NCBI GenBank assembly: GCA_963719035.1
Contig: CAVRAO010000008.1
Coordinates: forward strand, 128,001-192,000
DNA length: 64,000 bases
Direction of reading: 5' to 3'
Source: Methanobacteriota archaeon
GTDB taxonomy: Archaea; Halobacteriota; Bog-38; Methanoflorentales; Methanoflorentaceae
In this document: one piece after another, positions 14,930-23,840 of the stretch
Layout of the letters: the number at the start of each line of letters is the position of its first letter
Numbering within the stretch: position 1 is the first letter of the stretch
Notes under the pieces: generated by a model
What the model was told of the DNA's origin: nothing
The model's input: only the letters and a program-made list of their open reading frames with translations
The model's database searches: none
Made by a program: the position numbers and the translations under genes

Positions 14930-17461
14930 GTGCCGAGCACGATGAGTGAAACCGATCAAGACCAGTTCCGCGCGTGGTATAGAGAGCAAATTGAGAACTT
15001 TGAACGCGTTGCGCCGCGCTATGAAGATCTGGCAAAGGTTCTTGATGCTATCCTTACGGCGCTTGCAGAGCGATACGCACCGCTTGCAATAGTACAAACA
15101 CGACCGAAGTCACTTTCGAGCTTCGCAGAGAAGATTATTCGAAAGCGCGCTGAGGTGAGCGACCCGGTCAACGAGTTTACCGACCTCTGTGGGGGACGCG
15201 TCATCACCCACACCCAGACCGAGGTCACGTCGATCTGCAATTATATCGAGAAGCATTTTGACATCGATTGGGACAATAGCGTCAACATTGACCAACGCCT
15301 CAAGGCGACCGAGTTTGGGTACCGATCGGTCCACTACATCGTCAGCTTGCGTCCTGGTTCGTTGACGGTCGGAAGCATTTCGATTGAGATTCCAGAGACG
15401 GTCGCCCGTTTGAAGGCTGAAATACAGGTGCGCACACTCCTCGAACACGCGTGGGCTGACTTCAGCCACGATAAGAGTTACAAAAGCTCGTTTGCATTCC
15501 CGCGACAGTGGCAACGTGAACTGGCGCGGATAGCCGCGGTGCTCGAGGATGCCGATCAATCCTTTGCGACGATTGAGAACCGCCTGACAGCTTACGCTGC
15601 TAACTACAGCGCATACATGAGTGAAGCGCAGATACGAGAAGAGATGCGCACCCTCATCATGATCCTTGAACACGACCCACACAACGTCCAGCACGCGCAC
15701 CGGATTGGACGACTGGCGATGACGCTCGGCGACTGGGAGCGGGCCATCGAGACCTTTACCGCGTACGTCGATACGGGCTACCCTCCCCTCCTCAAAGATC
15801 TAGGAGTTGCACTCTGCAAGCGACACAGCGCAAAGCCCTCAAGCACACCTTATCGAGAGGGACAGCGCTTCATCGAGACTTCGCTTGCGAAAGTCCACGA
15901 CCCTGATACGCTTGTCTGTCTTGCAGATACGTGGCGTGAGAGTGATGAATGGAAGGCGCGAGAGTTATACCGTCAGGCGTTTGAGCTCGATCCCTCAGAT
16001 CCCTACGCGCTCATCAACTATCTAGAGCTCGAAATCAGCCATCGCGGAACGACCTCTGTCGTCGACGTTGTTCGCCCCTTAATGCGCATGGCAATTCGAC
16101 GATGCTGGGAACAGATCGCTGTTGGGATCAATATTCCGTGGGTATACTATGCCCTTGGAGTGCTCCATTTACTCCTCGATGAGCTTCACGATAGTCTCAT
16201 CGCTTATGCAAAGGCTATCCAAATGAGCACCGCAGAGTGGCCGATTGCAAGTGCATACCACTCTCTCGTTAAGCTGGCCTCTGTCCAGAGCGCGTTACAC
16301 GGTTACACGTGGGCGCGCACCCTCTTGCTCGTTGGATGGGCAGGGCGGTTCGACGCTGCTGAGGCACGCACATATCTCGAAAAGTTGGCCACGCCGAATA
16401 GCCGGCGAATCAAAGCGCCGGTCACCATCGTCACTGGTGGGTACGATTCTCTGAGTGAATCATATGCGACGAGCTATCAGGAGCTTATGCGTGAGGCTTT
16501 CAAGGACTATAACGGGACAATCATCTCGAGCGGTATCGACGCGGGCATTAGCCACGTCATTGGGGATGTGCAAGAGCGCTATCTCGAGCTACAAACGATT
16601 GGATTCGTTCCGAGCGTGCTTCCCCAAGGCTCTGCTCTCGATGCGCGGTACAGCGAAATCCGCCGAACGGATGATGAGGGATTCAACCCCGCTGAGCCCC
16701 TCCAATATTGGGTTGATCTTATAACATCGGGTATTTCACCCACGAGCGTCAAGCTTCTCGGCATCGATGGCGGCAGCATTGCGGGCATCGAGTATCGTCT
16801 AGCGCTCGCATTGCGCGCGAGCGTCGCCGTCGTCGCGGGAAGCGGCGAGGAAGCGGCGCGGTTGGTCCAGGACGACGAATGGCGTACGTCCGAGACGCTC
16901 ATACAACTGCCAAAAGATCCGCTTTCTGCGCAGGTGTTCATCGGTTCAACCGAACAAACGCTCCCAACGGCCATACGAGAGCACATCGCACGCGAGATCC
17001 ACGACATCTATCGCAACCGCCTCAAAATGACGCAAAGCGAGGACCCCTCGCTTGCTGATTGGGATAGGCTTGTCGAACACCTTAAAAACTCAAGCAGGGC
17101 ACAAGCGGATCATATCGCACAAAAACTAAGCGCAGCTGGCTATGGAGTCAGAAAGGCACGCGGCACGCCTGTCGTGCAGGAGTTCTCGTCTGAGGAAGTC
17201 GAGATCATGGCAGAGCTTGAGCACGGCCGGTGGAACGTGGAACGCCTGCTTGACGGGTGGAAATGGGGACCGATAAAGGACGTGGCAAATAAGATTAGCC
17301 CATATATCATACCATGGACCGGACTGCCCGAAGAGATGAAGGAGTACGATCGTGATGCGGCACGTCAGATACCGCATTTGCTTGAGGAGGTGGGCATGGA
17401 GGTCGTCCGAATGCCTACTCAGAAACGCAAACCGTCGCGGCGCAAGCCTGTTCCTGCTTAA
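14930..17461 (+). CDS. Multidomain RelA/SpoT-type nucleotidyltransferase + TPR + SLOG-like + RyR repeat protein
   Basis: RPKSLSSFAEK, DLCGGRVI, GYRSVHY, EIQVRTLLEHAWA; TPR helices ~aa 250-470; SSGIDAGIS/IDGG/VAVVAGSG; AELEHGRW..ERLLDGWKWG..KD..K.SPYIIPW..LPEEMKEYDR. Confidence 0.88.
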   Translation: MPSTMSETDQDQFRAWYREQIENFERVAPRYEDLAKVLDAILTALAERYAPLAIVQTRPKSLSSFAEKIIRKRAEVSDPVNEFTDLCGGRVITHTQTEVTSICNYIEKHFDIDWDNSVNIDQRLKATEFGYRSVHYIVSLRPGSLTVGSISIEIPETVARLKAEIQVRTLLEHAWADFSHDKSYKSSFAFPRQWQRELARIAAVLEDADQSFATIENRLTAYAANYSAYMSEAQIREEMRTLIMILEHDPHNVQHAHRIGRLAMTLGDWERAIETFTAYVDTGYPPLLKDLGVALCKRHSAKPSSTPYREGQRFIETSLAKVHDPDTLVCLADTWRESDEWKARELYRQAFELDPSDPYALINYLELEISHRGTTSVVDVVRPLMRMAIRRCWEQIAVGINIPWVYYALGVLHLLLDELHDSLIAYAKAIQMSTAEWPIASAYHSLVKLASVQSALHGYTWARTLLLVGWAGRFDAAEARTYLEKLATPNSRRIKAPVTIVTGGYDSLSESYATSYQELMREAFKDYNGTIISSGIDAGISHVIGDVQERYLELQTIGFVPSVLPQGSALDARYSEIRRTDDEGFNPAEPLQYWVDLITSGISPTSVKLLGIDGGSIAGIEYRLALALRASVAVVAGSGEEAARLVQDDEWRTSETLIQLPKDPLSAQVFIGSTEQTLPTAIREHIAREIHDIYRNRLKMTQSEDPSLADWDRLVEHLKNSSRAQADHIAQKLSAAGYGVRKARGTPVVQEFSSEEVEIMAELEHGRWNVERLLDGWKWGPIKDVANKISPYIIPWTGLPEEMKEYDRDAARQIPHLLEEVGMEVVRMPTQKRKPSRRKPVPA

Positions 17462-17657
17462 GACTTCGTTTCCTGGGGGGCACGTTTAAGCGCGGCACGA
17501 GCCCGTCTATTTTCAGGATATCAACCGAGTGATTGCTATTTGTTTGAAATTTCGTCTAACTAACGTCACGTAGAACGGCAAGTGCACACAACGGAGACTG
17601 ACTATGTATCTACAAACCGATGAGGCAACAGCATCGAAATTTGGCGCCTTTTCCTCG

Positions 17658-18245
17658 TCACTTAGTGATATTGAACGACTGCGTCATGTTCTGCGCAATC
17701 CCCAGATAATTGGGGTAAAGGCTTTGCGTCGTCGTGTAAAGCAACGCGTAACCAGTTCGGTTTACCAAGGTAAGTTGCAACATAGCTTGCGAGGGCGTAT
17801 CTTCGTTTACGTATGTGTAAACGAGCCTCTTGGCAGGATAACCCGAAAGCGTGCTATTAGTCGAGTTAAGCAACTTGAAGTCATTCAAGCGTTGAATCCC
17901 TGACACTGCACCCTGTGAATAATCATCAAGCGTCATAGTCTCTAGTTTCTCAGGCGCTGTAACGGTGAAAAACGCCGAAGTTCCCAAGTTAAACGATACC
18001 GTTTCGTTCGGTTTACCTTCTGTCTTGGTCCACGAGGAGGGATATTGGATCGAAATACCCGCAGATCGATTAGTATAGGTTAGATAGCCTGAGGTGTTTT
18101 TTGGAACAAACTTTGGATCCCGCGTCGCTGAAGCGACGCTTGGAGTTGGAGTGTTACTGACGTTGGAGGTACATCCCGCCACAAAGACCATTGCCGCGAG
18201 CAGTATTCCGACCACGAACACTGTGGAAATATGTTTCCGCATCAT
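17658..18245 (-). CDS. PsbP/DcrB-like lipoprotein
   Basis: Lipobox FVAGC; YTN...GISIQYPSSW; TLSGYPAKRLVYT; paralogue at 59846. Confidence 0.8.
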   Translation of the reverse strand: MMRKHISTVFVVGILLAAMVFVAGCTSNVSNTPTPSVASATRDPKFVPKNTSGYLTYTNRSAGISIQYPSSWTKTEGKPNETVSFNLGTSAFFTVTAPEKLETMTLDDYSQGAVSGIQRLNDFKLLNSTNSTLSGYPAKRLVYTYVNEDTPSQAMLQLTLVNRTGYALLYTTTQSLYPNYLGIAQNMTQSFNITK

Positions 18246-18455
18246 GCAACCACGTCGCAGTAGGACGTCGCACTCTCAGATATAACTTCGTATGGTATCT
18301 AATGAGGCACAGAAAAGGACACTTGAACAAAAGGGCCAGTGGCTCTTAAGTTTCTATCGCTTACATCATAGCTACACTGTAACCCTCCCTTATCTCACCG
18401 ATGCGAGCAAGCAAAATCGACATTTCGCGAGGCTTAAGTCGGCTAACTTTTCACG

Positions 18456-19409
18456 CTAAGCTGCAAGTCTCACCGTGGAACGCGCCGCCCAATGCCTAAG
18501 CCTATTGCCCGTGCGATGCGCAGTCAAGTGCAGTCGCCCACCGTCACGAGTCCAGTAGCCAGTCGGCACAAGCTGCACTTTTAGCATAGAATTTGGCATA
18601 TACGAACCAAGCAACCACAACGCATTACTCTCGTACCGGTCATGACTTACTTGATTGGTTGTTTCAAGGTGAGTTATAAAGTGGGTGAGAAAATCTTCTG
18701 GTGTCCATCCCGTTTCTCCCTGATAGGTCGATGTAAGTAAAGTTCGTAAATAATCACGAGGGGTAGAATATGCTTCCAGCTGTTTTCTTCCTCCGATTAC
18801 TTTACCCCGTCCTTGTTGAGGGATTATAGGTAGAGGCTCAATTAGTCCCACACTCCAGCCAGGCACAGCACATAAGCCGGGTTTCTGCATTACTTCTTCT
18901 TTAGTCAATCCTTGATGGCTATGATCGGCATAGGTTTGAGGGAAATAAACAAGCTGAGCAGTATCCACTGCTTGACGCACCATATCCCATATCCAGATCG
19001 GTTCACCAGATTTTACATGAATCGGTATGTCAGCGTCTTTAGAGTTTTGTTTTGTCTGGATAATTTTTCCCGCTGCGACATGTTTAAGAACGGCAGTTTT
19101 TACCCGATCAATAAGTTGTGAAGTAGGTATTGCGATCGGCGTTAACTGAAGCTGAGTAAATCCTTGTCGCATCTTCCTGTCAACCAATTCCTTATTGCGT
19201 GTAAATATCTCTTGCAGCCGTTCTTGAGTTGGTACAGGATACTCTTTTCCGTCAATTCCAAAGACACCCACACTCTCGGTTTGCGGTAAAAGACTTAATA
19301 TCCCTGTCTTTTTAAGCGTTCGGAGGCATCTTTTACACTCACTCTCGATTGATACCTCTTTTCGAACTGGTTGTTTGCCAACTCCAACACGTGCTTCTTT
19401 TATCATCAC
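18456..19409 (-). CDS. Hypothetical protein (317 aa), AT-richer than neighbouring genes
   Basis: Long ORF with Trp/Gly/Pro-rich conserved-looking motifs; no family recognised. Confidence 0.75.
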   Translation of the reverse strand: MMIKEARVGVGKQPVRKEVSIESECKRCLRTLKKTGILSLLPQTESVGVFGIDGKEYPVPTQERLQEIFTRNKELVDRKMRQGFTQLQLTPIAIPTSQLIDRVKTAVLKHVAAGKIIQTKQNSKDADIPIHVKSGEPIWIWDMVRQAVDTAQLVYFPQTYADHSHQGLTKEEVMQKPGLCAVPGWSVGLIEPLPIIPQQGRGKVIGGRKQLEAYSTPRDYLRTLLTSTYQGETGWTPEDFLTHFITHLETTNQVSHDRYESNALWLLGSYMPNSMLKVQLVPTGYWTRDGGRLHLTAHRTGNRLRHWAARSTVRLAA

Positions 19410-19662
19410 TACCCTTTCCCCAGTTTTTGTTGTTTATCTAAAAGGTGCGCGCTACGGCAATAGAACGGCTAACTCTTTAACCATGCCGTTCTATTTTCCA
19501 GCGGCGCGATTTTTGTAATTCCGAAAAAATTTTATTTTTATTAAGAACGTTACTATTGTAACAATCTTAGGAACGGTTATATATTGTATTACCGTTACTA
19601 CGCATGACTGAATACTAGAGATACCAGGGGGGTAAGGAGAGACCACGGACATCGAATACCGA

Positions 19663-20016
19663 TTGCACTTCGTGAGACAACAAAACGGCCCACGAAGGCG
19701 GGTTCAACATGGAAATGTTACGCTTCACGGAGTTTTAGAGAAGCGGAAACCAAACGGACGCGTGCTCGATAAAACGCGGCTCGGTTCTATTGACCTAGAA
19801 GCGCTTGAATACGATTTGGTAAAGGATCGCGACGAATTTTGGCGCGTGACCGACTTATACCTCAACTTGTTCGATGTACCGCCTAAAGCCGCCGACGAAA
19901 TCTGCGAGTATCTATCCCAAGTCGTGAAGCCGATCACGGAACGCGAAGCGGCGTCTTATTACGGTTGCAGCGCCGATTGCGCGAGACCGTGTGCCCCGAT
20001 GCGTAAGAAAATATGA
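19663..20016 (+). CDS. Hypothetical protein, translationally coupled to a small RHH-like gene
   Basis: 117-aa ORF; its TGA overlaps the next ATG (ATGA at 20013-20016). Confidence 0.55.
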   Translation: MHFVRQQNGPRRRVQHGNVTLHGVLEKRKPNGRVLDKTRLGSIDLEALEYDLVKDRDEFWRVTDLYLNLFDVPPKAADEICEYLSQVVKPITEREAASYYGCSADCARPCAPMRKKI

Positions 20017-20156
20017 AACGTGAAGATCGCGCGACGATATCAGTGCACGTCCAAACGAAAGCCGAGGTAGACACTATAGGCAAGCGCGGCGAGACGTTTG
20101 ACGATATCATCAAGCGATTGCTTGCGTGCTATCGCGAACGTTGCGCGGGCGAATAG
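20013..20156 (+). CDS. Small ribbon-helix-helix / antitoxin-like DNA-binding protein (47 aa, not in the ORF track)
   Basis: MKREDRATISVHVQTKAEVDTIGKRGETFDDIIKRLLACYRERCAGE; TIxV..GETFDDIIxRLL is typical of archaeal RHH proteins. Confidence 0.75.
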   Translation: MKREDRATISVHVQTKAEVDTIGKRGETFDDIIKRLLACYRERCAGE

Positions 20157-20319
20157 CGCTCATTATTAACGAAAAACCCGATAAACCTGCCACATCGATT
20201 GATTATGCAGCGGCAACGCTTTTTGAAAGTCTTGCACGAGTCTACCGCTGTGCACTTAAATTCAGCGTCATCGCAGTTCGCTACGGCACTGACAATAACT
20301 AAAGAAGGTGTAGTCATAA

Positions 20320-20505
20320 GTGGAGCAAGATCTCGCTCTGAGGATTGTCTTAGTTGTGGCAGGTCTCGCAGCTCTCGCGTTCGGTATCGCTAATGAATTC
20401 TCGAACGGGTGGCAGCTGGACATCGTGAACCTCATTACTATCTTTGCTGCTATCGTGCTGATCATTCTAGGGATTGTTGTAAAAGACATCAGGCGGAGGA
20501 AGTAA
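20320..20505 (+). CDS. Small two-TM membrane protein
   Basis: Two hydrophobic helices, basic C-terminus, GAAGGTG SD-like sequence upstream. Confidence 0.7.
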   Translation: MEQDLALRIVLVVAGLAALAFGIANEFSNGWQLDIVNLITIFAAIVLIILGIVVKDIRRRK

Positions 20506-20535
20506 AGGCCGCTACAGGCTCCGATGCAAGCCAAC

Positions 20536-20604
20536 TATCCGCATCCGCTGCTTGAGCACGTTTATGATGTGTATATGCAATAATGGAGCGATGTCGAGTT
20601 ATAA
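20536..20604 (+). pseudogene. Extreme 3' fragment of an archaeal tyrosine integrase
   Basis: YPHPLLEHVYDVYMQ*WSDVEL*, homologous to the fragments at 21104 and 54378. Confidence 0.6.
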
Positions 20605-20667
20605 GATTTAAATGATTGCCATTTTAATCAGCAGCAGCCGGAAAAAAAGAAAGAAAAATGCAGGCCA

Positions 20668-20982
20668 TTAGGCCTGCATCAACATCTGCGCCAATTCTTC
20701 CCCTGTTATGCAGGGCCACAAGTCGATATCGTACATGTCCGATGCTTTCTTCATCGGCGGTTCCATAGAAAATGCCATTAACGCCTCAAAATTTGGAGTG
20801 TCGTACACGACAACTTGGAAGTGCTTTTGATGTACGCTCCATGCACCGACTATTTTGACCCCGTGTTTCTTTGCGAGTTCTTCCATCTGGCTCAGGCCTT
20901 CGAGCGTCGCTTTCCTATAATACTCATTATGCGCGGCACATTCTGCAGCACCGTGTGAAATTATCGACAAAAACAAAGCCAT
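20668..20982 (-). CDS. DUF3303/GYD-like small ferredoxin-fold protein
   Basis: H...C..H N-terminus, KHGVKIVGAW, VYDTPNFEAL; SD GGAGGTGA; paralogue at 53904. Confidence 0.8.
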   Translation of the reverse strand: MALFLSIISHGAAECAAHNEYYRKATLEGLSQMEELAKKHGVKIVGAWSVHQKHFQVVVYDTPNFEALMAFSMEPPMKKASDMYDIDLWPCITGEELAQMLMQA

Positions 20983-21030
20983 TTTGAATCACCTCCTTTA
21001 ATGTTAAAACACGTACAAAGGCGCCCTGAG

Positions 21031-21064
21031 AAAATAAATGTTGTTGTAACGTCCGCTTGTTACA
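21031..21064 (-). promoter_or_regulatory. Conserved promoter: palindrome TGTAAC-GTCCGCTT-GTTACA followed by TATA-like ATTTATTT
   Basis: Near-identical copies at 54304-54336 and 55589-55627, each upstream of DUF3303-like genes. Confidence 0.75.
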
Positions 21065-21103
21065 CTGATGGGCTTTGTTTTGGCTACGCTCGGCAGCGCG
21101 ACG

Positions 21104-21280
21104 CAATCTTATTTTGTTCCTTGCGATCTTAGGAAATTTGCTGAAAAATATGGCGATATAATTCAGTGGGATCAATCAAACCGAGCGTACATTATGACGC
21201 ATGGCGTGAGTGGAATCGATTGGAAGCATTACAAACATCCGCTGCCGGAGCACATTTACAACGTTTATGCGAACATTAGA
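21104..21280 (+). pseudogene. C-terminal fragment of an SSV-type tyrosine integrase
   Basis: DLRKFAEKYGDIIQWDQSNRAYIMTHGVSGIDWKHYKHPLPEH resembles the xLRKF ... HY catalytic region. Confidence 0.65.
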
Positions 21281-21478
21281 AACAGGTTGTTTAAGCGCTC
21301 ATTACGTTCGCGCAGGCTCGGCGCCTAATCCATTAAATCAAATAGCTAACGCGGTGTGTCTTATCAAATTGTGAGCCAAAATCATTGGTTAATGCAAAAA
21401 AGAGGTAAAATTTCCTAATCTGATGGCAAACTTTTTAAGAGTGCGCAGTATGGTTCGAACGTTAAAAAGAATAGCCAG

Positions 21479-22879
21479 GTGTTGAGTATGAAAAAGCTTC
21501 TCGTGCCCTCTGTTGTAATCCTACTTCTCACTGCTTCCGTCGTAACGGCCTATCCAAGCGCCGCACAAGCCAGTGACACACAACTACCTTCTTGCGGTTC
21601 AAGCATAACCGTGTCAGCAAAACTTGACGCTTACATGAATGCTCTCACCGACGCGGGGCAGTTTGCAGGAGCCGTGCTCGTGGCGCAAAATGGCACTGTG
21701 CTCCTCTCGAAAGGGTACGGAATGGCAAATGACGCGTGTTCCGTCCCCAACACACCACAGACTGTTTTTCGGATCGCCTCGAACACCAAGCAGTTCACTG
21801 CTGCCGCCATTATGAAGTTGCAGGAGCAGGGACGGCTCAACGTCACCGACCTGATCACAAAATATATCCCTGACGCTCCGCCGCAGTGGAAGGATATTCG
21901 GATCGACGAGCTGCTGAATCACACCTCCGGGATGCCACGCGAAGGGGGATATGATGTCACCGATCCGACCAATATCGTGCTGCCCGACCTCGTGCATCGG
22001 TTTTATGCCTTGCCCCTCGACTTTGAGCCCGGAACGAACTACAGCTACTCCAATAACGGCTACATCACGTTGAGCTACATCATCGAGCAGGCATCCGGCC
22101 AGTCGTATGATGAGTACCTATATCAGAATGTCTTCAAGCCGCTCGGGATGTACAGCACGGGAGGACAAGAAACGAGCGATATTGTCCCTAATTTGGCGTG
22201 CGGGTATACTACTGAGGCCGGTACCCTCATCAACTACGATTTGCAAAACATCCACAACGTTTACGGTGCCGGATCGCTTCACTCCACGACCGAAGATCTT
22301 TACAGGTGGGGGCAGGTATTTCAAACGCCGGGAGCAATCCTTTCTTCTGCGTCGGTCGGTGCGATGCTTGAGCACAGCTACGGGATATCCAAGGTTACCT
22401 ATGACAACCGCACGTTAGTCAGCTTCACCGGGCGCAACTTCGGTTACATTTCGCAGGTTATGTATTTCCCCGACGATAACGTGACCATTGTGTGGCTGTC
22501 AAACTACGACAGAACCTACGTGGCAAACCTTACAAAAGACCTCATCGCAATCACCTTTGGACAGCCTTATAGTCTGCCCCAAAGGATCGACAGGCAGCAA
22601 ACGCCATTAGACGCAACGGCGTTGCAGGAATACACCGGAACTTACCAAGCGGTAGGGGCGCCTTGGAGCTACACGGTATTTCAGGACGGCAACCTGCTCT
22701 TTTACACCTCGAGCGTGCCTAAAGAGACCGTCAAGCTCTTTCACGAGAGCAACGACACGTTTTTTGTGACGAGCGAGTCTCCGGACTCGTTCATATTTAC
22801 GCGGGATAACAGCGGGAAGGTAGACGGGTTGAATATGACCTCAGGGACAGGAACTGACAGGGCAGTGAGGATCTCCTGA
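21479..22879 (+). CDS. Secreted serine hydrolase (class C beta-lactamase family) with C-terminal DUF3471-like domain
   Basis: Signal peptide; FRIASNTK (SxxK); LLNHTSG; YSYSNNGY. Confidence 0.9.
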   Translation: MLSMKKLLVPSVVILLLTASVVTAYPSAAQASDTQLPSCGSSITVSAKLDAYMNALTDAGQFAGAVLVAQNGTVLLSKGYGMANDACSVPNTPQTVFRIASNTKQFTAAAIMKLQEQGRLNVTDLITKYIPDAPPQWKDIRIDELLNHTSGMPREGGYDVTDPTNIVLPDLVHRFYALPLDFEPGTNYSYSNNGYITLSYIIEQASGQSYDEYLYQNVFKPLGMYSTGGQETSDIVPNLACGYTTEAGTLINYDLQNIHNVYGAGSLHSTTEDLYRWGQVFQTPGAILSSASVGAMLEHSYGISKVTYDNRTLVSFTGRNFGYISQVMYFPDDNVTIVWLSNYDRTYVANLTKDLIAITFGQPYSLPQRIDRQQTPLDATALQEYTGTYQAVGAPWSYTVFQDGNLLFYTSSVPKETVKLFHESNDTFFVTSESPDSFIFTRDNSGKVDGLNMTSGTGTDRAVRIS

Positions 22880-23066
22880 AAAGATGGCCTATAGCAGCTG
22901 GAGCCTAATACAAGTTACGACTCTATTGTCCGCAAGTAATAAGTTCCTATAAAGGCCGAAAGCACTATCGACCAACACCTCTCTACCATTGAATCAAAAA
23001 TCGCCGAGCTAGAAAAACTTATTTTACTAGAAAGAAGTCAAAATAGAGCCGATAAAGAAAACGAAA

Positions 23067-23140
23067 GGCCGAGGGCGAGATTCGAACCCGCGTCGTGGCC
23101 TCCACAGGGCCATAGGATTACCAGGCTACCCCACCTCGGC
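23067..23140 (-). tRNA. tRNA-His(GTG)
   Basis: GCCGAGG acceptor, TGGCC-CT-GTG-GA-GGCCA arm, discriminator C; position -1 encoded as A. Confidence 0.95.
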
Positions 23141-23158
23141 TCAATATATAACGTACGA

Positions 23159-23269
23159 TAGTCCCGTGCGGATTCGAACCGCAGTCGCGGGCTTTCTTCT
23201 ATCAGTGGTCAACGTTCAAGACCACGTGAATCCAAAGGCCCGCATGATTGACCACTACACCACGGGACT
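23159..23269 (-). tRNA. tRNA-Gln(TTG) with 38-nt canonical intron (23194-23231)
   Basis: AGTCCCG acceptor; CGGGC-CT-TTG-G[intron]A-GCCCG. Confidence 0.93.
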
Positions 23270-23456
23270 TCGCCCTAGGGTAAGAGTCATACATACTTAA
23301 CGTTTTGGTGGTGTCTATCGCTCATTAGAAGCGTTCATCAGCAAGGGAACGTCATTTCACAAACAATTATGACAAACCAGAGCGCTCGCTCTTCACGCAG
23401 TGTCAGCTTTCAACATTTTTTGCGCCGATGCATCGCAGCTCATTAAGATTAAAAAA

Positions 23457-23625
23457 TGGGGCTGGAGAGATTTGAACTCTCGATCGACGGGTCTCTCCGA
23501 TCAGTGCTCCAACGGGACATCACTTGGCCCAAGCGTCCCCGAGCCATCAGTTGACCCGTTGCTCATCATATCGCGAACTTCATACCGCTGGAGCCCGTCG
23601 CCATTCCAGACTAGGCCACAGCCCC
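23457..23625 (-). tRNA. tRNA-Trp(CCA) with 95-nt intron (23493-23587)
   Basis: GGGGCTG acceptor; ACGGG-CT-CCA-G[intron]A-CCCGT. Confidence 0.94.
23493..23587 (-). ncRNA. Intron-encoded box C/D guide RNA of pre-tRNA-Trp
   Basis: Box C ATGATGA, D' CTGA, C'-like GTGATG, D CTGA; guides ACGGGTC and TTGGAGC complementary to its own anticodon arm; known euryarchaeal arrangement. Confidence 0.85.
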
Positions 23626-23634
23626 ACAAATACG

Positions 23635-23741
23635 CGGGCCGGGAGGGAATTGAACCCTCGACCTTTGGGTATCTCTGGTCAACAGGTCATCAGTAAAATA
23701 CCGTAAGAGCCCAACGCTCTGCCTGACTAAGCTACCGGCCC
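23635..23741 (-). tRNA. tRNA-Lys(CTT) with 33-nt intron (23671-23703)
   Basis: GGGCCGG acceptor; TTGGG-CT-CTT-A[intron]A-CCCAA. Confidence 0.93.
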
Positions 23742-23840
23742 GTTTTTTGGCATATCCTCTTATACCCCTTCCACATATATACGTTACTCAATTCAAATTT
23801 GAGATTTTAATAATGAGGCTCAAGAAGCAGGTGGTAGCTT

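Noticed and set aside
23493-23587. Long tRNA-Trp intron as a novelty
   Set aside because: Well-known euryarchaeal intron-encoded C/D guide; annotated as a feature only
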